A DNA stretch of 64,000 nucleotides from Patescibacteria group bacterium (GTDB taxonomy: Bacteria; Patescibacteriota; Patescibacteriia; SG8-24): the NCBI GenBank assembly GCA_028714475.1, contig JAQTNC010000003.1, positions 15,596 through 79,595 on the forward strand, read 5' to 3'. Both the position numbers and the translations under genes were made by a program. Positions within the stretch are counted from its first letter, which is position 1, and every line of letters starts with the position of its first letter. The notes under the pieces were generated by a model. That model searched no databases. It was not told where the DNA came from and saw only the letters and a program-made list of their open reading frames with translations. Shown one piece after another: positions 38,142 to 48,118 of the stretch.

Positions 38142-38804
38142 ATGGAACTCGCTGTTATCTTGAGCGGGGCGGCCATTGTTGCCCACCTGCTCGCGTACGC
38201 CCTTTACCTGTGGCTCGTCTGCCGCCGTCCGCCCGAGCGCGCGGAGGCCGCTGGACGCTGGTCGGTCTTCAACGTCCGACCGGACCCCAAAGCCGCGTCA
38301 TGGCTGCCGTGGATTTACATTGCCGCGCTCAACTCCACGAGCTTCCACAGCATGACGAATGACTGGCTCAAGGCCATGCCGATGTTCACGCCGGTGCTTG
38401 GCTGCCTGGCCGTCACTGTCGCAACCGCCTGGCTGAAGCGTTGGGGCACAATGCCGCTCACCGATCTGACTTCGTTCGCCGTGGCCATCGCCGCCACTAC
38501 GGTCTGGGCCGTGAGCCGCGAGGCGCAGTACGCCAACCTCTCGCTCCAGCTCGCGGCCATCATCTCGTTCGCCCCGATCATTCTCGGCCTGCTCCGACGA
38601 ACCGACCGGGAGAATCCTCTGCCGTGGCTCGTCTTCTCGGCCGCGTACCTGCTGAACGGCTCCGTGGTCGTTCTCCGCTGGTCCGGCCATTGGCAGGACG
38701 CCGTGGCGTTATCCGTGGATTTCTCCGGCCATCTCCTCATCGGCCTCCTGGCCCTGCGCGCGCCGCGCGCCGCGAAGCCAGCGCTCCGACCCCTCTCGGC
38801 CTAA
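38142..38804 (+). CDS. Hypothetical integral membrane protein
   Basis: ORF 38082..38804 trimmed to the ATG at 38142, which is preceded by aggagg. Six hydrophobic segments. Confidence 0.6.
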   Translation: MELAVILSGAAIVAHLLAYALYLWLVCRRPPERAEAAGRWSVFNVRPDPKAASWLPWIYIAALNSTSFHSMTNDWLKAMPMFTPVLGCLAVTVATAWLKRWGTMPLTDLTSFAVAIAATTVWAVSREAQYANLSLQLAAIISFAPIILGLLRRTDRENPLPWLVFSAAYLLNGSVVVLRWSGHWQDAVALSVDFSGHLLIGLLALRAPRAAKPALRPLSA

Positions 38805-38873
38805 AGCCTGGAGGGGGTTTTGTTTGCCTACCAAAAAGCCTGCCGGATGAAATCCAGGCAGGCCGGGGGCGCG

Positions 38874-39296
38874 TCAGCATTCGAAACTGACTGCGGGAGA
38901 AGGGAGCGGCAGGGCGTAGAGGGTCAGGTCGTTGCCAACGATGACCAACGCGTAGAATCTCCCCTCCGGCGGCGGCTGGCGCAACTGGGCAACGGCGGCC
39001 GGGGAACATTCTGCGATGCTTATGGCCGTATCAGGCCCGACTGCACGGCAGGCGACCCGGCGAGCGCCAGGATTTACCGCGCGGTCGTTTGGCTGTCCGC
39101 CAGACTGGCCTGCCTCAACGACATCCGTCACCACGTCAGCCAATATGGCGAACATCCGAGGGTCAGTCACATCGAGAGCCAAGACCACGAAATCCGTAGG
39201 CGAGTAACCTTGGGCTAACGCTTCGCTGGCCAGCCCATCCAATTTGGCGCGCACCTGACTGAAAACGGAAGCACATGGTTGTGAAATCGGCATCAT
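38874..39296 (-). CDS. Hypothetical protein
   Basis: 140 aa. RBS aggagg precedes the ATG at 39296. Confidence 0.5.
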   Translation of the reverse strand: MMPISQPCASVFSQVRAKLDGLASEALAQGYSPTDFVVLALDVTDPRMFAILADVVTDVVEAGQSGGQPNDRAVNPGARRVACRAVGPDTAISIAECSPAAVAQLRQPPPEGRFYALVIVGNDLTLYALPLPSPAVSFEC

Positions 39297-39429
39297 TGTT
39301 CGACCTCCTATGAAGCGAAATCTTCGGCTGTTGCGCCCATTTAATCAGAAATCATACATTTTGTCAACCGGCATGCCTAACGAACAGGCTTTCAGGGCAA
39401 CAACCGGAGAATCCCCGGTCTGCCAAACT

Positions 39430-39471
39430 AAAAGGGGCGTGAGCGGTAACCAGCCGGTTACCCTCACGCCC
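39430..39471 (-). terminator. Rho-independent terminator after pepD
   Basis: The hairpin ggggcgtgagcggtaacc / ggttaccctcacgccc with a T-run on the minus-strand RNA. Confidence 0.65.
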
Positions 39472-39489
39472 GCGTTTGACGAATCGTCC

Positions 39490-41022
39490 TCAGCTCGCGG
39501 CGAGGATCGCCTTGAGCAGTCTCCAGAACCGTTTCACCGACGCTGTCTCAACGTACTCGTCCGGCGAGTGAACATTGCACATCGTCGGGCCGAAGGAGAC
39601 GATCTTGGCGCTCGGCAGACTCTGGGCGAGGAGGGCACACTCGAGTCCGGCATGCATCGTCTGAACGTCCGGCATCACGCCTAACGTCTCAAGGTGAATT
39701 TGCTTCACATTCCGAAGCAGGCCGAAATCGTATTTCGGTGGCCAGGCCGGAAAAACGTTACCGACTGTCATTCGTCCGCCCGCCAAGGCGAACAGCGCTT
39801 CCATGGACCGCGCCACGGCGTCCATTTCCGGCATGACCGAGCTTCGGAACATGCTCGTGATGCAGGCTTGGCGCCCGTCGAACCGCAGGAGTCCGACGTT
39901 GTTCGATGTCTGGACGACCAAGGATTCGGCGTTCGGATCGACCGCGAGAACGCCATTCGGCAGGGCGGACAGAACGCGAAGCAGCTTGAATTCGCTCAAA
40001 CTGGACGCCACCCGTTCCGCTGGCAAACGACGAACCCGCACGAAACAGATGCGAAGTTTCGGTTTTCGAAGGCCATATTCCTTGGCGATGGCGGCCGCTT
40101 CACGCGCTACCGCGTCAGATACCGTCTTGAAATCGCTGCCGTGACCGAGGATGAGCCGCGCCGACGCGTCGCGAGGGATGGCATTGGCCGCCTCGCCGCC
40201 CTGCATGGAAAGCAGGTGAAACGAGCTTGGCGGGAGCGACAGCAAAATCCGCGCGAGCAGCTTGATGGCGTTGCCACGGCCGCGATGGATATCGTCACCG
40301 GAATGTCCGCCCGCGAGATTGCTCACCGACAGACAGCAGGCCTTGTTCGACTCCACGGCTCGGAGAGTGCTGAACCTGCAAGGCAGGACGCCCTCGGCCT
40401 GTCCACCGCCCGCACACCCCACGTAAACGATGTTTTCGCTTTCAGAATCGAGGTTGATGACGCGACGACTCTTGAGACGGCTGAAATCGAAACCCTTGAT
40501 GCCGCCAAAACCGACTTCCTCGTCGGCGGTGAACAGCAACTCCAACGGCCCATGCTTCAAGCCACGGTCCGACATGATGGCGAGCATGGCCGCCACACCG
40601 ATGCCGTTGTCCGCACCGAGGCTCGTGCCGTCGGCGTACAGTCGCTTGCCTTTGCGTACGAGCCCGATGGCGTCAGTCGCGAAGTTGTGACGGACACCCT
40701 TCCTTTTCACGCACACCATGTCAAGATGACACTGCACGCAAAGCGGCGCCCAACGCTCGCAGCCACGACTGGCTGGAACGAGGACAAGGACGTTGCCCGC
40801 GTCGTCGAGCGATGCAGACAAATTGTTCACATCTGCCTTTTCCATCACCAGATGCGCGGCCGGCCCTTCGTGACCAGACCGTCGTGGCCTTTCACAGAGC
40901 TCCGCGAAATTTCTCCACAATGCTACCGGCTTCAAGCCGGCCACAACTCGAAGATTCCTTCTTAGTTTTCCCACGGTCCTTCTCCCTCGTTGATAGAAAC
41001 GATTCAATTGGCAAAAGACCAA
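39490..41022 (-). CDS. pepD: Aminoacyl-histidine (Xaa-His) dipeptidase, M20C family
   Basis: 510 aa. The N-terminal LKPVALWRNFAELCERPRRSGHE matches the PepD start region, and M20 metal ligands are present. The true start may be an internal GTG about 30 codons downstream. Confidence 0.8.
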   Translation of the reverse strand: MVFCQLNRFYQRGRRTVGKLRRNLRVVAGLKPVALWRNFAELCERPRRSGHEGPAAHLVMEKADVNNLSASLDDAGNVLVLVPASRGCERWAPLCVQCHLDMVCVKRKGVRHNFATDAIGLVRKGKRLYADGTSLGADNGIGVAAMLAIMSDRGLKHGPLELLFTADEEVGFGGIKGFDFSRLKSRRVINLDSESENIVYVGCAGGGQAEGVLPCRFSTLRAVESNKACCLSVSNLAGGHSGDDIHRGRGNAIKLLARILLSLPPSSFHLLSMQGGEAANAIPRDASARLILGHGSDFKTVSDAVAREAAAIAKEYGLRKPKLRICFVRVRRLPAERVASSLSEFKLLRVLSALPNGVLAVDPNAESLVVQTSNNVGLLRFDGRQACITSMFRSSVMPEMDAVARSMEALFALAGGRMTVGNVFPAWPPKYDFGLLRNVKQIHLETLGVMPDVQTMHAGLECALLAQSLPSAKIVSFGPTMCNVHSPDEYVETASVKRFWRLLKAILAAS

Positions 41023-41142
41023 CGATATCTTCCCGAACCTTAGTGGAAAACGACCCGACCGTCAACATGCCGCGCACGCATATCTTGTTGACAGGAAACC
41101 GCCCCGTGTTAAGCTGTGGCCAGCTCATTAAGGAGGCCATCA

Positions 41143-42081
41143 GTGGCTAAAATCATCGTTACGCCCGAACGTCTTGCTGCCATCCTGCCGTACGTCTGCG
41201 ACCACGAAACCAGCAGCGACCCTGATGGTTGGACGCCGGAAAACCCTCTCCACGGCCACTGCGCCGTGGTCGCTCTCGTCGCGCAGAGTCTGTTCGGCGG
41301 GGAGCTCGTGCGGGGTTCGCTCGCCGGATACCCAAAATGGGCCCACCTGCGGTCGCATTACTGGAACCGGTTGGGGTCAGACCAGGAAGTCCGATTCGCG
41401 GATTTCACCGCCGCCCAGTTCGGCAACGACCGTCCGGATTTCGGCCTCGACGTGGAGTTGAGGCCCCGCGACTACGTCATCGGGTATCCGGAGACGGCGC
41501 GGCGCTACGAAATCCTGACCTGGCGCATAGCGTCCGAACTCCTCGAGCCGGGTCCGCTCGCGGACGACGGCATCCACCGTCTCTGCCTGAAAACGGCCGT
41601 GCGGTCACCATGCCAGAAGATGCGCTTCGGCGCCGTCCTCACGCGCGCGGGACGAATCGTCAACGCCGACTGCAACCGGACCATCACGGCCCTCTTCTCG
41701 CTGTGCAAACCGCAATGCATCCGGCTCGGCATCCAGTCTCGGACCGAGTCCATGATCGGCGCCTGCGCTCACGCGGAGGAAGGAGCCGTGTGGGGAGCAA
41801 TCCACGAGGGCATTCCGCCCAGTGAGTGCGAACTCTACGTGGCTGGCCTCGACATGCGCGGCGTGCCGATCTTGAGGGATGAGCCAGAGTACACTTGCCT
41901 GCGCTGCGCGGTCATGATGCACCACGCCCGCCTTGGCGCCATCTACGTTCCGATGGCAACCGGCTGGGCTCGCCTCTCGGCGGATGATGCCCTCGTCACC
42001 GCCAAGCGCTACGCTCTCGGCGAAAAGAAGCTCGACCCCGACCATGTCGCGGCCGCCCTAAAGCAACTAGGAATACCCTGA
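41143..42081 (+). CDS. Two-domain protein: N-terminal domain of unknown function fused to a C-terminal dCMP/cytidine-deaminase-fold domain
   Basis: GTG start 6 nt after RBS aaggagg (the track ORF starts at 41116). The C-terminal half has FGAVLTR..G.IV..DCN, CAHAEEGAV and TCLRCAVMM (H-A-E / PCxxC zinc motifs). Confidence 0.65.
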   Translation: MAKIIVTPERLAAILPYVCDHETSSDPDGWTPENPLHGHCAVVALVAQSLFGGELVRGSLAGYPKWAHLRSHYWNRLGSDQEVRFADFTAAQFGNDRPDFGLDVELRPRDYVIGYPETARRYEILTWRIASELLEPGPLADDGIHRLCLKTAVRSPCQKMRFGAVLTRAGRIVNADCNRTITALFSLCKPQCIRLGIQSRTESMIGACAHAEEGAVWGAIHEGIPPSECELYVAGLDMRGVPILRDEPEYTCLRCAVMMHHARLGAIYVPMATGWARLSADDALVTAKRYALGEKKLDPDHVAAALKQLGIP

Positions 42082-42199
42082 CTTCTCGCCCACCTTCAAC
42101 AGCCGCCCCAGCGGCTGTTTCTAGTTGGAAAATATTCAGCATAACTAAAGACGCCGTCGGGAGTATCCCAACCGCGTCGTGAGCCCGCGCTGACACCAC

Positions 42200-42838
42200 T
42201 CAACGAGGAACGGTGTTGTTCAGCCGGTCGCCGGCATCGCCCAGACCGGGCAAAATGAAGCCCCTATCGTCGAGGCCGTCATCAACAGCGGCCACGTAGA
42301 TGTCCACGTCAGGGTGAGCGTCAGACAGGCGCTGCACGCCTTCCGGAGCCGCTATCAACCCGACGAAGACAACACGCGATGCCCCGCGTTGCTTGAGTAG
42401 ATCCACGGCCACCACGGCCGAACCGCCCGTGGCCAGCATCGGATCCAGGACAAAACAGGTTCTGCCTTCCAGGCTCTCCGGCAAGTAGCGGTCACTGTCG
42501 AGCACTGGCTGACAGGTCCGCTCGTCCCGATGAAGCCCGAGGGGGCGGAGTTCCGTGTCCGGCAGAAGTTCCTGAAAACCCTTGAGCAGACCCTCACCCG
42601 CCCGCAGAACCGGAACCAGAACGACTGACTCCAGGGTTATTCCATCGGCCATTTCGCCGAGCGGCGTAACCACCTGGGTCGGATAGAAGTCCAAACCCTG
42701 CGTTGCCGCGCTGGCCAAAGGACCCGAAATCGCCCCCATCAGTCTCCTGAACTCGTCCGGCGGCGTTTTCTCGTCGCGCAGCCTCGTCAACAGAGCCGCT
42801 GCCGCGTTGTGATGCAAAATGTGCAATCTTTCGTTCAT
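42200..42838 (-). CDS. upp: Uracil phosphoribosyltransferase
   Basis: ORF 42200..42958 trimmed to MNERLHILHHN... UPRTase PRPP-binding motif VLDPMLATGGS. Confidence 0.9.
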   Translation of the reverse strand: MNERLHILHHNAAAALLTRLRDEKTPPDEFRRLMGAISGPLASAATQGLDFYPTQVVTPLGEMADGITLESVVLVPVLRAGEGLLKGFQELLPDTELRPLGLHRDERTCQPVLDSDRYLPESLEGRTCFVLDPMLATGGSAVVAVDLLKQRGASRVVFVGLIAAPEGVQRLSDAHPDVDIYVAAVDDGLDDRGFILPGLGDAGDRLNNTVPR

Positions 42839-42954
42839 GGTCGGTGCCTCCAAATACTGATGACCACCCCTTTTATAACAGCGCCGATGTGTTGCGTCAA
42901 GCGGCAAGAAATGCAAAAAAGAGGGCCGACGCCCCTTCTTTCCCCTCCCCCTTT

Positions 42955-43617
42955 TCACCTTTTCACTCGCGGCAAAAACGGCCAGTTCGGCGTCGCGACG
43001 AGCGTGACTGGCTCGTCGCCGACCACCTTACTAAAGGTGAGCGAACGGGCGAAGAGGGCGATGGTGCGGTCGAGCCGTTCGCGGGAGCCGTACTTCACGT
43101 CGCCGAGAATCGGGCAGCCGAGTGTGCTCATGGCGAGGCGGATTTGGTGCGAGCGGCCGGTTTCCGGCTCGATTTCCACGAGCGAACGGCCGTTTTCCGT
43201 GGCGAGCACGCGATAGGTCAGCTTGGCATATTGCGCGCCGGGTTTTTCATAAGCGTAGCCGCGGGCCACGTTCGTCTTCTTGTTTTTCTCAATCCACTGG
43301 ATAACTTCGCCGGATTTTTCCTTCGGCTCCCCTTCCACGACCGCCCAGTAGATTTTTTTCGTCTCGCGCTCGCGAAACTGCTCCGAAAGCCGCGCCGCGC
43401 CCTTGCTGGTCTTCGCGAACACGACGATGCCGCCGACCGGACGATCTAGGCGATGAACCAGGCCGACATACGCCTCGCCCGGCTTGTTGTATTTTTCCTT
43501 CAGATATTTCTTCACCTCATCCAAAAGCGACGGGTCGCCGGTCAAATCGCCCTGCACCGGCATCCCGGCGGGCTTCACGACGGCGATGCTGTGGTTGTCC
43601 TCGTACAAAATTTCCAT
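42955..43617 (-). CDS. RluA-family pseudouridine synthase
   Basis: 220 aa with the HRLDRPVGG catalytic Asp motif. Confidence 0.85.
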   Translation of the reverse strand: MEILYEDNHSIAVVKPAGMPVQGDLTGDPSLLDEVKKYLKEKYNKPGEAYVGLVHRLDRPVGGIVVFAKTSKGAARLSEQFRERETKKIYWAVVEGEPKEKSGEVIQWIEKNKKTNVARGYAYEKPGAQYAKLTYRVLATENGRSLVEIEPETGRSHQIRLAMSTLGCPILGDVKYGSRERLDRTIALFARSLTFSKVVGDEPVTLVATPNWPFLPRVKR

Positions 43618-43635
43618 GCTGATGATATAAATTGT

Positions 43636-43735
43636 AGCGGCCGGGCTTGTCCCGGCACCACCTTAGACGAACTAATGAATTTATAAGCGGTGATGCGTTT
43701 TTGGTGGGGCAGGGATAAACCCTGCCGCTACAATT
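43636..43735. repeat. Pair of inverted copies of the palindromic motif (GTAGCGGCCGGGCTTGTCCCGGCACCACC ... GGTGGGGCAGGGATAAACCCTGCCGCTAC), 35 bp apart
   Basis: Direct reading of the sequence. The same motif is found at 455..485 and at 32405/32490. Confidence 0.6.
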
Positions 43736-44596
43736 TTAGATGACCGCGCGGACGGTGATGCCAGCCGGCAGAAGGAAGCCGCGTGGGGATTTTTCCTGCA
43801 GGACCAATTCTACGCTTTCAATGCTCGCGGCATCAGGAAAAACGTCGCGCACGGCCTGCTCGACGGCGATGGCCGGAAAACCCATGGAGTAGGCGTTGAG
43901 CAGAAGCAGGCCGCCGGGTTTCAAGATTATCCGGCACGAATGCAATAGCGGCAGGAGGTCAGACTCAAAACGCCACAGCTCCTTATTCGGTCCGCGCCCA
44001 AACGCGGGTGGATCCATGATGATGGCGTCATAGATTCGTTCACGCCGTGCCTCGCGCATCACGAATGTCGCGGCGTCGTCCTCAATCCACCGGACCGGAC
44101 GGTCGGCAAATCCGGAAAGCTCGGCGTTGTGTTTCGCCGCCGCAATGGCCGGCCGGCTCGCGTCCAGGTGCACGACCGACGCGCCAGCGCTCAAGGCCGC
44201 GAGCGTCGCTCCACCGGTATAGCCGAAAAGATTCAACACCTGCGCCTCCGGCTTCAACCAACCGCGTAGGTACGCCCAGTTCGCCGCCTGTTCAGGAAAA
44301 ACGCCGGTGTGCTTGAAGGACGAGAGGCGCAAGCCGAACTTGAGATTCTCCCAGCGCACGCTCCAGTCATCCGGCGGATTATTGCGCACCTGCCAGGAGC
44401 CTTCCTCGCCGCGCTGTTCGAATCGCGCCACCGCCCGTTCCCAAACTTCCGGCAAACCCGGCGACCACAAAGCATGCGGCTCCGGCCGCGCCACCACGAC
44501 CGCGCCGAACCGTTCGCATTTCATCTGGTCGCCGCTGTCGAGGAGCTCATAGTCCTGCCAGACGGCGATTTCCCTGTTTAATGTCTCACCGGCCAT
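43736..44596 (-). CDS. Class I SAM-dependent rRNA methyltransferase (RlmI/RlmK-like)
   Basis: 286 aa with SAM-binding motifs VLNLFGYTGGA...DPPAF. Confidence 0.8.
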   Translation of the reverse strand: MAGETLNREIAVWQDYELLDSGDQMKCERFGAVVVARPEPHALWSPGLPEVWERAVARFEQRGEEGSWQVRNNPPDDWSVRWENLKFGLRLSSFKHTGVFPEQAANWAYLRGWLKPEAQVLNLFGYTGGATLAALSAGASVVHLDASRPAIAAAKHNAELSGFADRPVRWIEDDAATFVMREARRERIYDAIIMDPPAFGRGPNKELWRFESDLLPLLHSCRIILKPGGLLLLNAYSMGFPAIAVEQAVRDVFPDAASIESVELVLQEKSPRGFLLPAGITVRAVI

Positions 44597-44686
44597 AGGT
44601 CAATTTATGCAAATTTATCAGAAGTGGTGGTTTCTTTCAACGTTACAACACGAGCCGCATGGAAGCCCATGCGGCTCAAGGTGCGT

Positions 44687-45235
44687 CTACTGCTTGGTCT
44701 CTGCTGGCGCCAGCTCTGGCGCGACGGCCGTGATGGCCATCAATTCCTGCCGCAGTTTGGCAAGCGCCGCCTGGTAAAGGCGGACGTATTGTTCTTCTAC
44801 CTCGGCGGTCTGTCGGTCGCACGCCTGATGTGCCTCGAGACAACGAACGTACTCGGGCGTGGCCATGACCAGGCTTCTGAAAGACGGGTACAGCCCGTCC
44901 CAGATGCGCCGGCCAAACAGGCATTCCAAGGCGTGGAACGAGTAAGTGACGCCCTCCTTCATTTCGGCAGCCATTTGCCGAATGAAGTCCGGTTGGGTCG
45001 AGACGAATTCCCTGGCCACCCGGGCATCGACATCATCCTTGGCAGGAAAATGATAATGAACGTTTTCGCCGAGCTGGGCGACCAGCTTCTGCTCGCAGAA
45101 CCTCCGGGCCTCGTCCACCAAGTGCGGAGGAATCGGTTCCGCGCCCGCGTTGGGCTCGGTCGCCTCGGCAGATTCGGCAGTCATCCGGGAAACGGCGGCG
45201 GAAACATCAGCAGACCCCAAATCATGTGTTTTCAT
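44687..45235 (-). CDS. Hypothetical protein
   Basis: 182 aa. No recognisable domain. Confidence 0.5.
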   Translation of the reverse strand: MKTHDLGSADVSAAVSRMTAESAEATEPNAGAEPIPPHLVDEARRFCEQKLVAQLGENVHYHFPAKDDVDARVAREFVSTQPDFIRQMAAEMKEGVTYSFHALECLFGRRIWDGLYPSFRSLVMATPEYVRCLEAHQACDRQTAEVEEQYVRLYQAALAKLRQELMAITAVAPELAPAETKQ

Positions 45236-45574
45236 TTGAACCTCACCCAGGCGTTGGTTTTACTCAATGATCTCACGCACACCGACAGGATATAGGCAGT
45301 TGCCGCCATCGTCAATAGCACCCCTGGTTTCGTCCGGTATGTCCGAGCGCCGTAATTCACCCAATCGCCTCGTGCCTACCCTTCAGTGCGCGCGACGGCA
45401 AGGTTTTTTCCGTCCGCCCAACTCGCTTCATGTCGAACACAAAACCAGCCGAAGCCGGTAGTTGATTACTGGTCAGAAAAGCCGCCCAGGAAGGCCCGAG
45501 CGGCTCAATCAAATAGAAAGAGAACCAGAAAGCCACTCAGGAGAAATCCAGAGTGGCCCCATAAGAAAGTCGAG

Positions 45575-46213
45575 CTAGTCGACCTTGACCGCGGTGTAGT
45601 CGCCGTCCGGCGAGCACATCGATTCGAGCTGATAGCGACAAAGGTCTTGATAGACGACATCGTCCCAGGTTCGGCTCAGCGTTCTGGCGTCGATGTCCGG
45701 CCAGATGCCGCGCGCGACCCGGAGCATGAACTCCAAGTGTTCGTTCAGGACCTGTCCGGCCATGCGTCGGTCAACGGCCTCGCGGTCTTCCGTCCGGCAC
45801 ACCAGCCTGGCGCGAAAGATCTCGATGAGCCGCTTGGCGCAGTAAGTCCTGGCCATGTTGACGCGCACGAAAGCCGGATCAGAGAGGGACATGACCAGAC
45901 CCGGCAGCATCTCCCAGCGAAGGCGGCTGCCGAAAGCGTTCTCGAGTCCGACCTCGTCGTGGTTGTGCCAGCCTTCTGTCTCGAGGACCAGACCCGCCAC
46001 GTAGTCAGAGTGAAGGTCGACGCATGCTTCGGCCGCAAACCAATCCGGTATGTCGCGCCGCGCCGACTCGCATGGCACATTACTGTTGAAAAGTAGCCAA
46101 GCCAGCCTCTTCGTGCAGTATCTTTTGACCTGCGCTGCCCAATCAGTTTCCTGTTCCATCGATTCCTCCTCCTTGACGGCCGGATGCCGAGAAAGGACGT
46201 TGACTGCCAACAC
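45575..46213 (-). CDS. Hypothetical protein (the start may be at MEQETDW, 46159)
   Basis: 212 aa. No recognisable domain. Confidence 0.5.
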   Translation of the reverse strand: MLAVNVLSRHPAVKEEESMEQETDWAAQVKRYCTKRLAWLLFNSNVPCESARRDIPDWFAAEACVDLHSDYVAGLVLETEGWHNHDEVGLENAFGSRLRWEMLPGLVMSLSDPAFVRVNMARTYCAKRLIEIFRARLVCRTEDREAVDRRMAGQVLNEHLEFMLRVARGIWPDIDARTLSRTWDDVVYQDLCRYQLESMCSPDGDYTAVKVD

Positions 46214-46371
46214 CCTACTCTTTGGCCGCGATTATGTCAACAAAGGCAGATGAACGCCTTGACCGCCGCTCCCCTTACCAGTCGAAAACGCCCTATTTCA
46301 TCGTTTCGGAATCAAAAAAGCTGGTTCGGAATAAACCAACATTAATAAATCGCTCGAATTGCCCGACACCT

Positions 46372-46788
46372 TCACCACCCGTTTTGAGGAGGTCTCCGCA
46401 GCTTCTTTTGCTCGCTTTGACGGCGCTTGTCGTCTAGGCGTTTCTGCTTCTGCGCGCGGCTTATTTTCGTGGGCCGCCGCGTTTTTTTCGGCGTAAGCGC
46501 ACGGGCGACCAAATCCTGAAGCCGTCTCACTGCCTCATCACGATTTTGATACTGTGACCGCTCGGCGTCGGCGACAATGATGATCTCGTCGTCCGCGTTC
46601 AACCGATGTCCGGCCGCCTTGCGGATGAGAGCCTTCTGCTCTTCCGCAAAAACACCCGACTCCCCCACTCGCCACCGCAACTGAACCTTGCTCGATGTCT
46701 TGTTCACCTTCTGCCCTCCGGGACCAGAAGAACGGACGAAGTCGAGGTGGAGTTCGTGCGCGGGAATCGAATTCATGTCGCGGTTCAT
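46372..46788 (-). CDS. arfB: Alternative ribosome-rescue factor, peptidyl-tRNA hydrolase ArfB (YaeJ)
   Basis: 138 aa with the GGQ motif (SSGPGGQKVNKTSS) and a basic C-terminal tail. Confidence 0.85.
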   Translation of the reverse strand: MNRDMNSIPAHELHLDFVRSSGPGGQKVNKTSSKVQLRWRVGESGVFAEEQKALIRKAAGHRLNADDEIIIVADAERSQYQNRDEAVRRLQDLVARALTPKKTRRPTKISRAQKQKRLDDKRRQSEQKKLRRPPQNGW

Positions 46789-46800
46789 AACGGAAAACGG

Positions 46801-47334
46801 CTACTTCAATTTCTTGACCATCCTCACGGAGTAATCCTCGTAGCCGTGCCGTTCGTAAAACCGGTGCGCGTCCCCGTTGGCCGCCATGCAGGTGAGAGCG
46901 ATGTAATCGCACTTCTGCGACCGGAAATATTCCTCCATCGCGGCCATGAGCCGTTCGCCGACCCCCTTGCCGCGGTGCGCCTCGGCCACTAACAGATCCG
47001 AAACGTAAGCCCGCCGGCGCCGGTAACACTCGACCTGTTCGTCGCAATCCTCGTTCTTGAAAAATCCGGCAATCGCGCCGACCACCGCGCCGTCGCTTTC
47101 AGCCACCAAAATCCGGCCGGACTTTTCCTGAACCGTCTTGAACTGCATCTGGAAGTACTTTTCCTTGTCAAACTCTTCATACGGAACGTACTGCTTGAGC
47201 TGGTCGATCTGCGCGATAAAATCCTGTAACCGCGCCAGCAACTCCGCCACCGCCGCCGCGTCGCGGTCCTCGTATTCACGGATGGAAACTTCGCTGTTTG
47301 TTGTTGTCGTCATAATGATGGTGGTTTTATGCAT
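46801..47334 (-). CDS. GNAT family N-acetyltransferase
   Basis: 177 aa with the acetyl-CoA motif (AEAHRGKGVGERLM). Confidence 0.8.
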   Translation of the reverse strand: MHKTTIIMTTTTNSEVSIREYEDRDAAAVAELLARLQDFIAQIDQLKQYVPYEEFDKEKYFQMQFKTVQEKSGRILVAESDGAVVGAIAGFFKNEDCDEQVECYRRRRAYVSDLLVAEAHRGKGVGERLMAAMEEYFRSQKCDYIALTCMAANGDAHRFYERHGYEDYSVRMVKKLK

Positions 47335-47409
47335 TATACAACAAAGCGCCCCGAGCAGAATATGCCAAGGGCGCGAATGTCTCGAAAAACAAAAAGGGCG
47401 GCGACGCCG

Positions 47410-47628
47410 TTACGACCACGGCGACTTCAGGGCCGCCCACCGCGCGATAGACGAGGCGGCTTCCTGCACCTCCGGGCTCTCATGACCCGTGCCGCGCCCG
47501 GTCAACCGCAGCGCAATCTCTTTCGCGACAGGACCTATTTGATCGATTTGTGCCTGAACATCCGGGGCGTCCGGATATTCAGCCAAATACGCCAGAACCG
47601 TCGCTTCGGTGCCAGAAAGAACAATCAC
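47410..47628 (-). CDS. Hypothetical small protein
   Basis: 72 aa ORF. Weak call. Confidence 0.3.
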   Translation of the reverse strand: MIVLSGTEATVLAYLAEYPDAPDVQAQIDQIGPVAKEIALRLTGRGTGHESPEVQEAASSIARWAALKSPWS

Positions 47629-47918
47629 GTTTCAGCTCCTCAATGTCTGGTTGGGCTAACCTGGGGCAAGCTTGCCGCAAACACGTCAAAATGTCAACGA
47701 TTGTTGCCGCATACAAAAACCCGAGACGCTTTAGGTCTCAGGCTTTTGGCGGGGGTGTAAGGCGCGGCCATGCGCCTTTCGGCGATAGGTGGCGCCCGTA
47801 GGCGCTTACTCCATGGTCCGGTCGGCTCCGCCGATCGGCCGCGCCGCAGGAGTCGAAAGTCGACTCCTTTCGCGCCCCATACACAAATTCCCCCGCCCAA
47901 AACGGGAGGGGGAATTTG

Positions 47919-47992
47919 TGGCGGGGGCTGTAGGAGTCGAACCTACCACAGCGGTTTTGGAGACCGCAGTTATACCGATTAACTAAACCCCC
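47919..47992 (-). tRNA. tRNA-Trp (anticodon CCA)
   Basis: Manual fold: acceptor GGGGGTT / AGCCCCC, anticodon loop CTCCAAA, T-arm GTAGG-TTCGACT-CCTAC, encoded CCA. Followed by a strong hairpin cacaaattccccc...gggggaatttgtg at 47882..47920. Confidence 0.85.
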
Positions 47993-48118
47993 ATGAATAA
48001 CTGGCTGACTGTCGTTAATTTCCAAAGGGTGAAGCTGGGTCGCCTTAATGCTACGGAACGTAGAATACTTTAGCCACTATCCCAAGGCTTGGCAATACCA
48101 AACGAAAGAGAGCCACCA

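Noticed and set aside
45386-46096. 236-aa plus-strand ORF
   Set aside because: It is antisense to, and overlaps, the better-supported minus-strand hypothetical gene 45575..46213 and the intergenic region. It has no RBS.
47770-47986. Small plus-strand ORFs (47770..47982 and 47789..47986)
   Set aside because: They overlap the minus-strand tRNA-Trp and its terminator hairpin, so they cannot be genuine genes.
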